DNA of 64,000 bases, from positions 672,001-736,000 of the forward strand of contig CAWJJC010000028.1 of the NCBI GenBank assembly GCA_963843145.1, read 5' to 3'. A program made the position numbers and the translations under genes. The stretch comes from an uncultured delta proteobacterium. Its GTDB lineage: Bacteria; Desulfobacterota; RBG-13-43-22. The notes under the pieces are model-generated. The model was not told where the DNA came from, made no database searches, and saw only the letters and a program-made list of their open reading frames with translations. Shown here one piece after another: positions 48,401 to 58,922 of this stretch (position 1 is the first letter of the stretch; the number at the start of each line of letters is the position of its first letter).

Positions 48401-49925
48401 TCAGGGGTTCTGATAATACTGCTGGATGGCTTCCACCAGGTCCGGAATGGTAAAGGATTCGGGAATGATTTGGACCGTTAAGCCGTTATCCCGGGCCGTC
48501 TGAGCGGTAATCGGACCAATGCAGGCAATGGCGACGTTTGTCAGCCGGGGCCTGATATCCTGCCCTTCAAATAGGCTCAAGAAATTAAGGACCGTCGAAG
48601 AACTGGTAAAGGTCAGGCAATCTACGGTCCCGGCCTTTAGTTTCTCCAACAGGGGAATTTTTTCAGAATCGTCCGGCAGGGTTTGATAGGCGGGGGCCAC
48701 TACTACCTGGGCGCCCAGGCCCCGCAACCCTTCGGGCAGGATATCCCGGGCCTGCTCGGCCCTGGGGATCAAGATTTTTTTGCCGGCCATCCCCCAGGGA
48801 GCCAAGGCTTCCAGGATATACTCGGCCTGGAATTTTTCCGGCAACAGGTCGGCGCGTAATTTCCACTCCTTGAGTGCCCCGGCGGTAGCCGGACCGATGG
48901 CCCCGATTTTAGGTCCTTTAAGGTCCCTCAGGTCAAGTCCCAGGGTCATCAGCCGATTGAAAAAGGCCCCCACACCGTTCGGGCTGGTGAAAAGGACCCA
49001 GGAAAAAGAAACCAGGGAATGGATGGCCTGATCCAGGCCCTCCCAACTGGAGGGGGGGGCCAGACGAATGGTTGGAAACTCGAGGCAGGTGGCTCCCAGG
49101 TTTTCCAGGCGGTGTACCAGGTCACTGGCCTGCTCCCGGGTCCGGGTAACGACAATTTGTTTTCCAAACAGAGGGCGCCGCTCAAACCAGGACAAATGCT
49201 CCCTCAATTCGACCACCGACCCCACGACCAGGATGGCCGGCGGCCCCAGACCGGCGGCCTCGGCCAGTGGGACGATATCGGCCAGGGTACCGGTGACCGT
49301 GACCTGCTCGGGGGTGGTTCCCCAGCGAATCAAGGCCGCCGGGGTCAGCGGGAGATCTCCCGTTTTCGATCAACCGCTCCACGATCCGGGGCAGATTCTT
49401 GAAACCCATCAGAAAAACGAGGGTTTCAACGCCGGTAGCCAATTTCCCCCAGTCCAACCCGGTTTGGTCTTTCTGGGGATCTTCATGGCCGGTTATAAAG
49501 GCGACACTGGAGTTGTAACGACGGTGGGTCAAGGGGATGCCGGCATAAGCCGGAACGGCGATGGCCGAGGTGATCCCCGGAACCACTTCAAAGGGAATCC
49601 CCGCCTGCACCAGTTCTTCGGCCTCTTCACCCCCCCGGCCGAAGATGAAAGGATCGCCCCCCTTGAGTCGGACTACGTTTTTCCCTGTCCGAGCCCGGTC
49701 AATAATCAGTTGGTTGATTTCGCCTTGAGGGAGGGTATGATCTCCGCCCTTTTTACCCACATAGATGGTTTCAGCCGCATGGGATATGAATTTCAGCAGG
49801 GAAGGGTGGGCCAGGAAATCATATATGACCACCTCCGCCTCACCCAGTAAGCGCCGTCCCTTGAGCGTCAACAATTCCGGGTCCCCGGGGCCCGCCCCGA
49901 CTAAATAGACCTTACCCTTCATCAC
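48401..49925 (-). CDS. cobA: Fused uroporphyrinogen-III methyltransferase/synthase (CobA-HemD), split by one extra base at ~49349-49352
   Basis: VGAGPGDP, VRLKGGDP.IFGRGGEE; then TPAALIRWGT, VVTR, FTSPNGV, FTSSSTV, IGPIT. Confidence 0.92.
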
Positions 49926-50859
49926 GGTTGCTCCCGTAAACCTGATCGAGAACCTCTCGGCCGCCCAACCCCAGCAGATGCTCGGCTAAAGCCGTCCCCA
50001 AGCCGTCGGGGTCCTGGATCGTCCCTTCCCGTTGATCCCTAAAAATAGTCTTCCCGTCCAGATCGGCGATTAATCCCGTCAGCCACAAACGCTCCCCCCG
50101 GACCCTGGCCAGGCCGGCCAAAGGGACCTGGCAACCCCCTTCCAATCGACGGAGAAAGGCCCGCTCGGCGCGGGCACAATGAGCGGATTCTTCATGATGC
50201 AAAAAGGCAATCCAATTTTCCAGACGAAAATCGTCGTCCCGAATTTCAAGGGCCAAAGCCCCTTGACCGACCGCCGGTAAGCAGACTTCGGGTTCCAGAT
50301 ACTCACTAATCAAATGGTTCCAGCCCAGGCGATGGAGTCCGGCCGCCGCCAGGACGATACCGGCCAATCCCTGGGTCTCCATCTTTCGAATCCGGGTGTC
50401 CAGGTTGCCCCTCAAGGGAAAAATTTCCAGGTCCGGCCGGTACCCCAGGAGTTGGGCCTTACGGCGTAGACTGCCGGTGCCGATCTTGGCCCGGGCCGGG
50501 ACCTGGGCCAGGGTGATTTTGAGCGGCGAAAGAAAAACGTCCCGGGGGTCTTCCCGAAGCGGAACGGCCCCGATCTTCAGCCCCTCCGGCAAGTCCCCCG
50601 GCATATCCTTCATGCTGTGGACGGCCAGATCGACTTTTTTAGTTAAAAGAGCTTCCTCGATCTCTTTGACGAAAAGCCCCTTCCCGCCCACCTGGGCCAG
50701 AGGGACATCCAGAATTTTATCCCCTTTGGTTTTGAGGGTGACCAACTCTACCTTCAGTTCCGGATGGTACTGCTCCAGACGATCCTTGACCCAATGGGCC
50801 TGCTGTAAGGCCAGGGGACTACCCCGGGTGCCGAGGCGAATAGCTTCCTCTTTGGTCAT
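49912..50859 (-). CDS. hemC: Hydroxymethylbilane synthase
   Basis: GTRGSPLAL, GGKGLFVKE, AVHSMKD, LRGN.DTR, LEGGCQVP. Confidence 0.97.
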   Translation of the reverse strand: MTKEEAIRLGTRGSPLALQQAHWVKDRLEQYHPELKVELVTLKTKGDKILDVPLAQVGGKGLFVKEIEEALLTKKVDLAVHSMKDMPGDLPEGLKIGAVPLREDPRDVFLSPLKITLAQVPARAKIGTGSLRRKAQLLGYRPDLEIFPLRGNLDTRIRKMETQGLAGIVLAAAGLHRLGWNHLISEYLEPEVCLPAVGQGALALEIRDDDFRLENWIAFLHHEESAHCARAERAFLRRLEGGCQVPLAGLARVRGERLWLTGLIADLDGKTIFRDQREGTIQDPDGLGTALAEHLLGLGGREVLDQVYGSNRDEG

Positions 50860-50924
50860 TTCTCGTTTCCCGGCAGGAGAAGGGAGAGAGTGGTACGCGA
50901 CTGGTCGAGCATCTCGAGAAGAGG

Positions 50925-51143
50925 TTAGTGGCAGGTGGAGCAATTATGGGAGGCGCAACTGCCACAACTGGAGGATGAACCGGTCCCGACAAAGCGTTCC
51001 GACCCCTTAAAGGCAAAAGTGGACATCTTCCGTTCCAAGTTTTCCTTCTGGCATTTTGGGCAACAGATTTTTTCGGAGGATCTAAATACCAGCGCCTCAA
51101 AATCGTTTCCGCAATCCAAACAAATATATTCATAAATAGGCAT
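50925..51143 (-). CDS. FmdB-family zinc ribbon protein
   Basis: MPIYEY.C..CG..FE...CPKC; Cys-rich tail. Confidence 0.9.
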   Translation of the reverse strand: MPIYEYICLDCGNDFEALVFRSSEKICCPKCQKENLERKMSTFAFKGSERFVGTGSSSSCGSCASHNCSTCH

Positions 51144-51294
51144 AAAAGGCTCCTTCTCGGCTATTTTTTTACATCTTTATAGATCTAATTTAATCACCAA
51201 ACCTGGTTTAGACAAGTTCAGGTTATTAACGGTCTCAAAATAATAATGACAGGATTCTTTAATGCCCCCTGGTCCCAGCCAAAGACAAAAGACG

Positions 51295-51392
51295 ATCTCT
51301 CACAGAGCACACAGAGCTCACAGAGAATAGTCAAAAGAAAAATTCGTCTTTCTTTGCGCCCTCTGCGAACTCGAGCGAAGCGGGCGAGAGAA
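51295..51392. repeat. 9-mer periodic palindromic element
   Basis: CTCACAGAG CACACAGAG CTCACAGAG ... CTTTGCGCC CTCTGCGAA CTC..GCGAGAG. Confidence 0.65.
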
Positions 51393-51436
51393 AAAGAGAA
51401 AACCCAGTGTAAGCACAATTATGAGACTATCAATAT

Positions 51437-52390
51437 TTAAGGGACCCAACCTTCCATCAAGGCGGCCGCCAACAGGGGGATCATCAGTTCATGATGCCCG
51501 ACCAGGTAAAATCCTTGTCCCCCCTCCAAGGTCGGTCTCCGAACCACGTTGGTAGCCGGCCGGTAATGGCGGACAAAATCAAAATTCACGGTAGTCAGGT
51601 TTTTTAAAGGCCAGCCCAGATTGCGCACCAGGGTGACTGCCTTGAGAAAGACTTCCGGAAGAATAACGGCGGAACCAATATTAATGAAGACCCCTCCCTC
51701 CAGGGTTCGGACCACGGAACAAAAGGTTTGAAAGTCCCGGTAGGAGGCCCGGCCGGTGGCCTCCGGATTCATCGAGGGATGGAGGTGGATAATATCGGTG
51801 CCGATGGCCACATGGACGGTCACCGGTATCTTTTTTTGGGCGGCCATGGCCAACAAACTACTCTGGAGATGAGGTGGGGAGGAATCGAGTAAGGCCTGAC
51901 CTACCGCTTCGCCCAGTCCTCTTCCTTCGCCGGCTCCCCGGGAAATGGCTTGGTTTAAGAACAGGGCCGTCTCCTTCGCCATCCCGAAAGTCCCTCGACC
52001 CAATTCCTGGTCCACGTCCTCCGAAGTCTGGCCGACCATGGCCAACTCGCTGTCGTGGATTATCCCGGCTCCGTTGAGGGCTAAGGCGGAAATGAATCCC
52101 TTTTCCATCAAGGCGATAAGCAGAGGATTTAATCCTACTTTGATGACATGGGCGCCCATGGCCCAAAAAATGGTCTTTTTGTTCTTTTTGGCTTGGGCAA
52201 TGGCGCGGACGACGGAGCGAAAATCCTGCCCGGCCAGAATGTGGGGCAGGGAGTCCAGAAAATACCGCAAAGAGTCCCCCGGATGCCAGGGGCGGGCGAA
52301 GTCATCCAATTTCACCTTGCTGGGGCGATTTTTCAGCGAATAGGTCTTCAAACGCTTCAAGGAGAGGTTGGGGTAAGGGCGTTTTTGCAT
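51437..52390 (-). CDS. Conserved protein, deoxyhypusine synthase-like fold (tentative)
   Basis: MGAHVIKVG, NGAGIIHD, TSEDV, GSAVILPEVFLKA, GHHE. Confidence 0.7.
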   Translation of the reverse strand: MQKRPYPNLSLKRLKTYSLKNRPSKVKLDDFARPWHPGDSLRYFLDSLPHILAGQDFRSVVRAIAQAKKNKKTIFWAMGAHVIKVGLNPLLIALMEKGFISALALNGAGIIHDSELAMVGQTSEDVDQELGRGTFGMAKETALFLNQAISRGAGEGRGLGEAVGQALLDSSPPHLQSSLLAMAAQKKIPVTVHVAIGTDIIHLHPSMNPEATGRASYRDFQTFCSVVRTLEGGVFINIGSAVILPEVFLKAVTLVRNLGWPLKNLTTVNFDFVRHYRPATNVVRRPTLEGGQGFYLVGHHELMIPLLAAALMEGWVP

Positions 52391-52982
52391 CTCGGGTCCT
52401 TAGTACTCTTTGCCCGGGAAAACACTCTGCTTCGACCATCTGGCAAAGCAGGTGTTCGATGACCAGGTGCGTTTCCTGGATGAGGGGGGTTTCCGTGGAA
52501 GGAACGATCAGCGCGTAATCGGACCACCGGACCATTTGCCCCCCGTCCTGGCCGGTGAGGGCCAGGGTTTGAATCCCTTTCTCTTGAGCCGCCTGCAGCC
52601 CCCGGAGAATATTCGGGGAGTTGCCGCTGGTGCTGATCGCTATCAGGATATCCCCGGGTAGACCCAGGGCCTGGATCTGCTTTTCAAAGATCTGGTCGAA
52701 GCCGAAGTCATTTCCGATACTGGTGATAACGGAAGTGTCGGTACTCAAGGCCAAGGCGGGCAGAGGGGAACGGTTGAGGAGAAAGCGGTTGACGAATTCC
52801 GCGGCCAAATGCTGGGCGTCGGCTGCGCTGCCCCCATTGCCCATCAGCAGGAGCTTCCTTCCCTGCTGAAAGGCCTGGCTGATCAGGCCGGCCCAATGGA
52901 CCAACCGCTCTCCCTGGGATTCAAAGAAAAGCGTTTGCAGGCGATGAAGGGCTTCCAGATGCTGTTGAATAGTCGTATGCAT
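52302..52982 (-). CDS. gmhA: D-sedoheptulose 7-phosphate isomerase (3' end probably extended by an extra base)
   Basis: GNGGSAADAQH.AAE, ISTSGNSPN, IQETH. Confidence 0.95.
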   Translation of the reverse strand: MHTTIQQHLEALHRLQTLFFESQGERLVHWAGLISQAFQQGRKLLLMGNGGSAADAQHLAAEFVNRFLLNRSPLPALALSTDTSVITSIGNDFGFDQIFEKQIQALGLPGDILIAISTSGNSPNILRGLQAAQEKGIQTLALTGQDGGQMVRWSDYALIVPSTETPLIQETHLVIEHLLCQMVEAECFPGQRVLRTRDAKTPLPQPLLEAFEDLFAEKSPQQGEIG

Positions 52983-53021
52983 GGGTATGAAAATAGAACT
53001 CGGCACCAGAAGGCATTTATT

Positions 53022-53056
53022 GATAGTTAATAATTAACAATTGATTATTAATTATT
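53022..53056. repeat. AT-rich palindrome family copy
   Basis: Reverse complement matches 12437-12471 at 33/35 positions. Confidence 0.75.
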
Positions 53057-53091
53057 ATTTTCAACTTTTCTATCCTATTCAGGAGTCCCTG

Positions 53092-55704
53092 TCAACCTCT
53101 TCCGCCCGACACGTTTCCCGAGGGGGCGTCGGCCGAAATCTGGAGCTTTTGACGGGCCTCTTCCATTCCCGGATCAAAGGACAGGGCTTTTTCCCACCAA
53201 AGGCGGGCCGCTTCCATCTGGTCCAATTTTTCCAAGGATAGTCCTAGAAAATAACAGAGCGTCCCGCTTCGTTCGCCCAATTCCCAGGCGGTTTCCAATT
53301 CTTTTTGGGCGTCCTGGTATTGTCTATTTTGATAGAGCGCTCGGCCCAGCCAGAACCTGAAATGGGGGTTTCCTTTTTCCAGGTCGACGCTGTAGCGGCA
53401 GAATGATAAAGCGATGGGCAAGTTGGCCTCGCGGACCAAATAGAGCGCCCCTAATTGGTGCAAGGAATAGGCATCCCGGGGATTCACCCTGACGGCGGCC
53501 TTAAAAGCGGAAAGGGCCTCATCCCAGTTGCCTTTTTTTACCCAGCACTCCCCCAGGTAGCGATGAATAAACGCCTTATCAGGATGCAGGCGGCCGGCTT
53601 GAAGAAAACAGGGAAGCGCCTGCTCTAAGAGGCCGGCGTCCCGGTAAAGCTTTCCCAATTGATACTGGGCCCCAAAATGAAGGGGATTAAGCGCAACGGC
53701 CATTTTTAAGGATTCTCGGGCCAACGAAGGGTCCTGAAGTCGGAGATAAATCAGGCCCAGATTGTAATGTCCCATGAAATCCTGAGGATCTTTCCGCAGG
53801 GCTGTTTCAAATTCCCTGATAGCCGATTCCAGATCTCCTTGTTCTCCGAAGCAGACGCCCAGGCTGTTTCGCAGGGTATTATTCTCCGGATTCACGCCGA
53901 GTCCCTTCCGGTACTCACTCAGAGCGGCAACAATTTTCCCCTGATCGAAAAGCTTATCCCCGCTGATATTCAAACTGGTGTCGTCGAAGAGCGCTATTTG
54001 GCCGTGACCCAACAGCAGGGCATGGTCTAAGGCCTTAAGGGCATTATCCAGAATATCTATTTTTTGATAATCGGTTTGGGGAAAACCCGCCGCTCCAATG
54101 GTTAGCCTCAGGTTCAATTTTTCTCGGGCTTCTTCCTGAATAGACTGGAGTCGGGGCAGGGCGGAAGGGAGGGGCTCCAGCAGTTGCACCAGGATGAGGG
54201 TGTCCGGGGAGTAGCGGGCCAGGAGTTCCGGGGTCGGACTCTGAGTCCTGATGAGCTGGGTTAGTTGCTGGAAAAGCAACCGGCGTTCCACCCGTCCCAG
54301 AAGCTCTCCTTTGAATTCCCAATCCTGAATTTGGAGCAGGGCCATCCAAAACAAACTCCAGCTCGAATGGCCCTGATGAAAAGAACGTAAAAAGTCAGGG
54401 AGCGTCAACAGCCCCTGGTTACCCCCGGCAAGAGGATAGTCTCGGTCTGGGGGTACCGGTTCCGGGTCATCTCCCTCTAACGGGGGGATTTTATCCAAAC
54501 GCGCGATCCGGTCGCCGACCGCTACTTTGTTTAGCGGGTCCCTGATCCAGCAGATCTCGGCCAGGGAGGTTTTCGGGTAGGCTTCATTGAGCGAAACGAT
54601 GGCTTTAAAGACCTCGATTTCCTGATCCCTTTCCAGGATTCCAAAAAACAAGGGGGGCAGAGCCTGGTGATAAGCGCCTAAATTAATTCTGACCCGGTTC
54701 ATCGGTAAGACTTCCAGTACTTGGCCTCTCAAGCGGATGATATCCGAAAAGCTGCAAAATGTTCCGGGTTCCATCGTTTCGGCTAATTCCCGGGCCTGTT
54801 CTGCTTTGTGTTGAATCAGTGGCGGCCCCTCCACGGACAGGTCCGGATCGGCCAATTGCGAGGATTCCGCCGCGGTAAAATGATCCGGGAAGACAGCGAA
54901 CCCCCCCCGAATATCCACTGAAACCGGACCATAATTTTTTTCAAGGTCCAGATTGGCGACCCGCAGGATTTCCTTAAGGACCAGCAAACGTTCTTTCACC
55001 GCCGCCTCATCCACCCCTTCCCAGAGGATGGATATGCCTTCCACTCCGCTGCGGCCCACTTCGCCCGGCCAGGGCAAGGTCGACTCCAAGGCCGAAGATA
55101 TTTTTTTGACCCAAAAGGTAAACCGTTCCTGAAGAAACGTCTCGGCCCCTTCTGCGGATTGGAGACCGAAGGGCTGGAAGGTAACCAGTCCCAGGCTGAA
55201 CCGGGACCCGGGTTCCGGTTCGATAGGCTTCAAATGAAGGTGGTGGGGAAACAATTTGCCCTGGCGCGAAGCGCCCGTCAATTTTTCCCTGACCAATCGG
55301 CAAAAATGGTCTTGATTAAGCAGGCCCGTCAGAGGGTCTTTCTTTTGGACGGAGAGCAGGAAAGCTTTTTCCAGGAGCAACTGGAGGACTTTGGTCAGAA
55401 AGGGGAAATCATGGGGCCGGGTTTCCTGCGAAAGGACCCCTTCCAAAATAAGTTCCAGCCATAAGTAATCCCCCTCCCCGATCGGGATCCGGATGGTTGA
55501 CATAAAGGGTTTGATTTCCGGGGTACCGCACCAGAATCGGGGAATGGGCTCCGCCTTTAAGAATAGACTTTTTTCCTGCGGAGGGGTGGACGAAGCCGGG
55601 ATTAAAAAAAGATCATTGAAGGGTAGCAACGGGCCGATTTCTTTCCGAACCAAGTCGCTGATTACCCACCAATTTTTTGGATTCGCTAGAAAAAAAGAGG
55701 CCAT
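53092..55704 (-). CDS. Protein with degenerate GGDEF-like domains and C-terminal TPRs
   Basis: DPLTGLLN, ARYSPD, TIGAA.FP; TPR repeats; no GGDEF motif. Confidence 0.75.
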   Translation of the reverse strand: MASFFLANPKNWWVISDLVRKEIGPLLPFNDLFLIPASSTPPQEKSLFLKAEPIPRFWCGTPEIKPFMSTIRIPIGEGDYLWLELILEGVLSQETRPHDFPFLTKVLQLLLEKAFLLSVQKKDPLTGLLNQDHFCRLVREKLTGASRQGKLFPHHLHLKPIEPEPGSRFSLGLVTFQPFGLQSAEGAETFLQERFTFWVKKISSALESTLPWPGEVGRSGVEGISILWEGVDEAAVKERLLVLKEILRVANLDLEKNYGPVSVDIRGGFAVFPDHFTAAESSQLADPDLSVEGPPLIQHKAEQARELAETMEPGTFCSFSDIIRLRGQVLEVLPMNRVRINLGAYHQALPPLFFGILERDQEIEVFKAIVSLNEAYPKTSLAEICWIRDPLNKVAVGDRIARLDKIPPLEGDDPEPVPPDRDYPLAGGNQGLLTLPDFLRSFHQGHSSWSLFWMALLQIQDWEFKGELLGRVERRLLFQQLTQLIRTQSPTPELLARYSPDTLILVQLLEPLPSALPRLQSIQEEAREKLNLRLTIGAAGFPQTDYQKIDILDNALKALDHALLLGHGQIALFDDTSLNISGDKLFDQGKIVAALSEYRKGLGVNPENNTLRNSLGVCFGEQGDLESAIREFETALRKDPQDFMGHYNLGLIYLRLQDPSLARESLKMAVALNPLHFGAQYQLGKLYRDAGLLEQALPCFLQAGRLHPDKAFIHRYLGECWVKKGNWDEALSAFKAAVRVNPRDAYSLHQLGALYLVREANLPIALSFCRYSVDLEKGNPHFRFWLGRALYQNRQYQDAQKELETAWELGERSGTLCYFLGLSLEKLDQMEAARLWWEKALSFDPGMEEARQKLQISADAPSGNVSGGRG

Positions 55705-55714
55705 AAGAAGAAGG

Positions 55715-57118
55715 TCAGGGTCGGGAGATCCATTCTTTCAACCCCTGAAGCAAGACGGGCCGATCGGCTTCCTGCAGGGTGCGCAGATCCAGCAAAAGGC
55801 GCTCTTTTTCGATTCTTCCGATGATCGGTATCTCCCGGGAACGTAGGTGTTTTTCCAGTTTGTCTATCGTCCCGGTCTGAGGAGTCAGGACCAGGGCATA
55901 GGAATCCGGTGTCGAAAGGGGTAACGCCCCCCCGCCGACCTGGGATTGGGTGAGCGTTAATTCAAAGCGGATCTCCGGACCAATAGTTTGGCGTAGTAGG
56001 CGCAACCAGCGCCTGGCCCGGCGAAGAAGGTCGGGCAGGGTGAAGCTTAACATCCGCAAGGTGGGAATTTCCCTCAGGGCCTGGTCCGTCCGGCGGTAGA
56101 GATGCAGGGTGGCTTCCAGGGCGGCTAAGGTCAGTTTGTCGATCCGCAGCGCCCGGGTGAAGGGATTCCGGCGCAGGAGTTGAATTATTTCTTGATGACC
56201 GACGATAATCCCGGCCTGGGGGCCTCCCAGGAGTTTATCTCCGCTGAAGGTGACCAAATCCGCTCCTGAACCTACGGCTTCCGGAACGGTCGGTTCTTTT
56301 TCCAGCCCGAAGGGGGAGAGATCCAGCAGGCTTCCGCTTCCCAAATCTTCCATTACCGGGATCTGCTGGGTCCGACCCAAGCCGACCAGTTGTTCCAGGG
56401 GGACCTCGGCGGTAAAGCCTAAGAGTCTAAAATTGCTGGTGTGGACCTTGAGCAGCAAGGCCGTCCGGTCGGACAGCGCGTTTTCATAATCCCGCAAATG
56501 GGTCTTGTTGGTGGTCCCTACCTCCCGGAGAATGGCTCCGCTGCGGGACATGATTTCCGGGATGCGGAAAGATCCGCCGATTTCGATCAGTTGACCCCGG
56601 GAGACCACCACCTCCCGGCCCCGGGCCAGGGTATCAAGGGCCAGCAGGACGGCGGCGGCGTTGTTGTTGACCACCAGGGCCGCCTCCGCACCGGTCAATT
56701 CCAGGAGCAGGTCCTCCACGTGGCTGTAACGACTGCCTCGTTCGCCCCGGTCAAGATCATATTCCAAATTGGAATAATGGCGGGCCACCGATTCCATCTG
56801 GGCAATGGCCTGAGGGGCCAGTAGCGACCGGCCCAGGTTGGTATGGATCACCACTCCGGTGCCGTTGACCACCCGGCGAAGATGATAGGCGGTCTTGGAT
56901 TTTAAATACTGGCCCGTTTCCCGCCAGAGGACCTCGGGGCTGAGATCCGGTTGGCGGCCATGGAGCAGCATTTCCCGTTTACGGGTTAACAGGTCCCGGA
57001 GAACCTGGAGAATCAACGCGCGGGGGTAATGGACCAGGTATTCCGAGAAGTGAGGAAAGGTCAACAAAAAGGTAACCGAAGGGATTTGCCGTAACGGTAG
57101 AGTGGATTCTTCGGGCAT
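55715..57118 (-). CDS. selA: L-seryl-tRNA(Sec) selenium transferase
   Basis: VNGTGVVIHTNLGR, VNNNAAA, EIGGSFRIP, EDLGSG, FSGDKLLGGPQAG. Confidence 0.97.
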   Translation of the reverse strand: MPEESTLPLRQIPSVTFLLTFPHFSEYLVHYPRALILQVLRDLLTRKREMLLHGRQPDLSPEVLWRETGQYLKSKTAYHLRRVVNGTGVVIHTNLGRSLLAPQAIAQMESVARHYSNLEYDLDRGERGSRYSHVEDLLLELTGAEAALVVNNNAAAVLLALDTLARGREVVVSRGQLIEIGGSFRIPEIMSRSGAILREVGTTNKTHLRDYENALSDRTALLLKVHTSNFRLLGFTAEVPLEQLVGLGRTQQIPVMEDLGSGSLLDLSPFGLEKEPTVPEAVGSGADLVTFSGDKLLGGPQAGIIVGHQEIIQLLRRNPFTRALRIDKLTLAALEATLHLYRRTDQALREIPTLRMLSFTLPDLLRRARRWLRLLRQTIGPEIRFELTLTQSQVGGGALPLSTPDSYALVLTPQTGTIDKLEKHLRSREIPIIGRIEKERLLLDLRTLQEADRPVLLQGLKEWISRP

Positions 57119-57203
57119 GAATAGATTTATACTGGAAGACGATTCGGTTGACAATGAAAAAAAACGCCATTACCTGTTGCCCCGTTGGAGGTTATGGGAT
57201 AGT

Positions 57204-58922
57204 ATGCCTTTTGATATGGAATGGCAATTTCTTTCTAGTAATCCGGAGGCCGCCCGGGAATTGGCCGAGGTCCTGGGGTTGTCCCCGCTGGTAGCTCAGC
57301 TTTTGCTTCATCGTGGTCTGGAGCAACTCGAATCGGCGCAGACCTTCCTCAACCCCACCCTGTCCGGGCTTTCTTCGCCTACCCTGATGAAAGACATGGA
57401 TCGGGCGGTGGCGCGAATCATTCAAGCCATTCGCCGGCAAGAGAAGATCGCCGTTTACGGAGATTACGACGCCGATGGTCTCACCGCCACCGCGGTGCTG
57501 GTGACCTTCCTGCGCCCTTTTTTCCCGGATATTTTGTACTATATCCCGCACCGTACCCGGGAGGGGTACGGGTTAAACCAGGGGAGCCTGACCCGCCTCC
57601 ATGAACAGGGAGCAACCCTGGTGATCACCGTGGATTGCGGCAGTTCCAACCATGACGAAATCGAGTGGGCCAAAGGCCTGGGTATAGAGGTTCTGGTGAC
57701 CGATCATCATCAAGTGGGCCTCCAAGGGGTTCCCCGGGCCGCGGCGGTTGTTAATCCGAAACAGGAAGGCTGCCGGTTTCCCTACAAGGAACTGGCCGGG
57801 GTCGGCGTGGCCTTTACCCTGGTGATCGCCTTGCGGCAGGCCCTGGAGGCGGAAGGGTTTTTTCAAGGGCCTAAACCCAATCTGCGATCCTATTTGGACT
57901 TGGTGGTACTCGGTACGGTGGCGGATATGGTGCCTCTGACCGGGGATAACCGGATTTACGCGGCCGACGGACTTCGGGTTTTGAACGATTCCACCCGGGA
58001 AGGGATTTTGGCCCTGAAGGCCGTCTCCGGGATTCTGCCTTCGGCGCGGATTTCCGCGGTGGATGTGGCCTTTCGTTTGGCCCCGCGCTTAAATGCCTTA
58101 GGCCGCCTGACCGAAGCCAAAGAGGGCATTGAATTGCTGATCACCGGGGAGCGGGAACGGGCTCGTTTGCTGGCCGAAACCATGGACCAGGAAAACCGCC
58201 GCCGCCAGGAAATCGAACAGCAGCTCCTGAAGGAAATCGACGAAACCATCAGCACCAATCCCGGACTCTATCAGCGGAAGTGCCTGGTGCTCTGGTCCGA
58301 AAAATGGCCCCGGGGCATCCTGGGATTGATCGCCTCCCGCCTGGTGGAACGGTGGTTTCGGCCGGTTTTTCTCTTTGGCCTGGAAGATGGGGTGGCCCAG
58401 GGGTCGGGTCGCAGTATCGGGGGGTTCCATCTGTTTAAGGCCCTGGAAGAATTGGCGCCTCGCCTGCTGCGGTTCGGCGGCCATGCGGCCGCGGCCGGGG
58501 CGGCCCTGAAGGCCGAAGACCTCCCGTTTTTTGAACAGGCCCTGGAGGCCCTGGTTGAAAAAACCCTGCCGCCGGAAAGTTTTATTCCCTCCCTGCAAGT
58601 GGAAGCGGAGGTGGACTTCAGCCTCCTGGGCAAATCCCTGGTCCCTTATTTGCCCCGGCTGGCCCCTTTCGGGCAAGGCAATCCGGAGCCGATTTTGGTA
58701 ACGCGGCAGGTCCGGGTCAAGACCCTGCGTCCGGTGGGCAACGGCCATTTGCGGATGACCTTGGAGAATAAAGGAATCACCCTGGATGGTTTCGGGTTCA
58801 ATCTGGGAGAATTGCCGCTGGTTCCGGGAAATTTCCTGGACTTGGCCTATACCATCGATCTGGATGCGCGCGGGGGGGGGGCGTTCTTAAAACTGAAAAT
58901 CAAAGATATCCAGTTGCCTTAG
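57204..58922 (+). CDS. recJ: ssDNA exonuclease RecJ
   Basis: YGDYDADG, ITVDCG, TDHH, PRLNA.GR, GSGRS, FGGH; start approximate. Confidence 0.96.
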   Translation: MPFDMEWQFLSSNPEAARELAEVLGLSPLVAQLLLHRGLEQLESAQTFLNPTLSGLSSPTLMKDMDRAVARIIQAIRRQEKIAVYGDYDADGLTATAVLVTFLRPFFPDILYYIPHRTREGYGLNQGSLTRLHEQGATLVITVDCGSSNHDEIEWAKGLGIEVLVTDHHQVGLQGVPRAAAVVNPKQEGCRFPYKELAGVGVAFTLVIALRQALEAEGFFQGPKPNLRSYLDLVVLGTVADMVPLTGDNRIYAADGLRVLNDSTREGILALKAVSGILPSARISAVDVAFRLAPRLNALGRLTEAKEGIELLITGERERARLLAETMDQENRRRQEIEQQLLKEIDETISTNPGLYQRKCLVLWSEKWPRGILGLIASRLVERWFRPVFLFGLEDGVAQGSGRSIGGFHLFKALEELAPRLLRFGGHAAAAGAALKAEDLPFFEQALEALVEKTLPPESFIPSLQVEAEVDFSLLGKSLVPYLPRLAPFGQGNPEPILVTRQVRVKTLRPVGNGHLRMTLENKGITLDGFGFNLGELPLVPGNFLDLAYTIDLDARGGGAFLKLKIKDIQLP

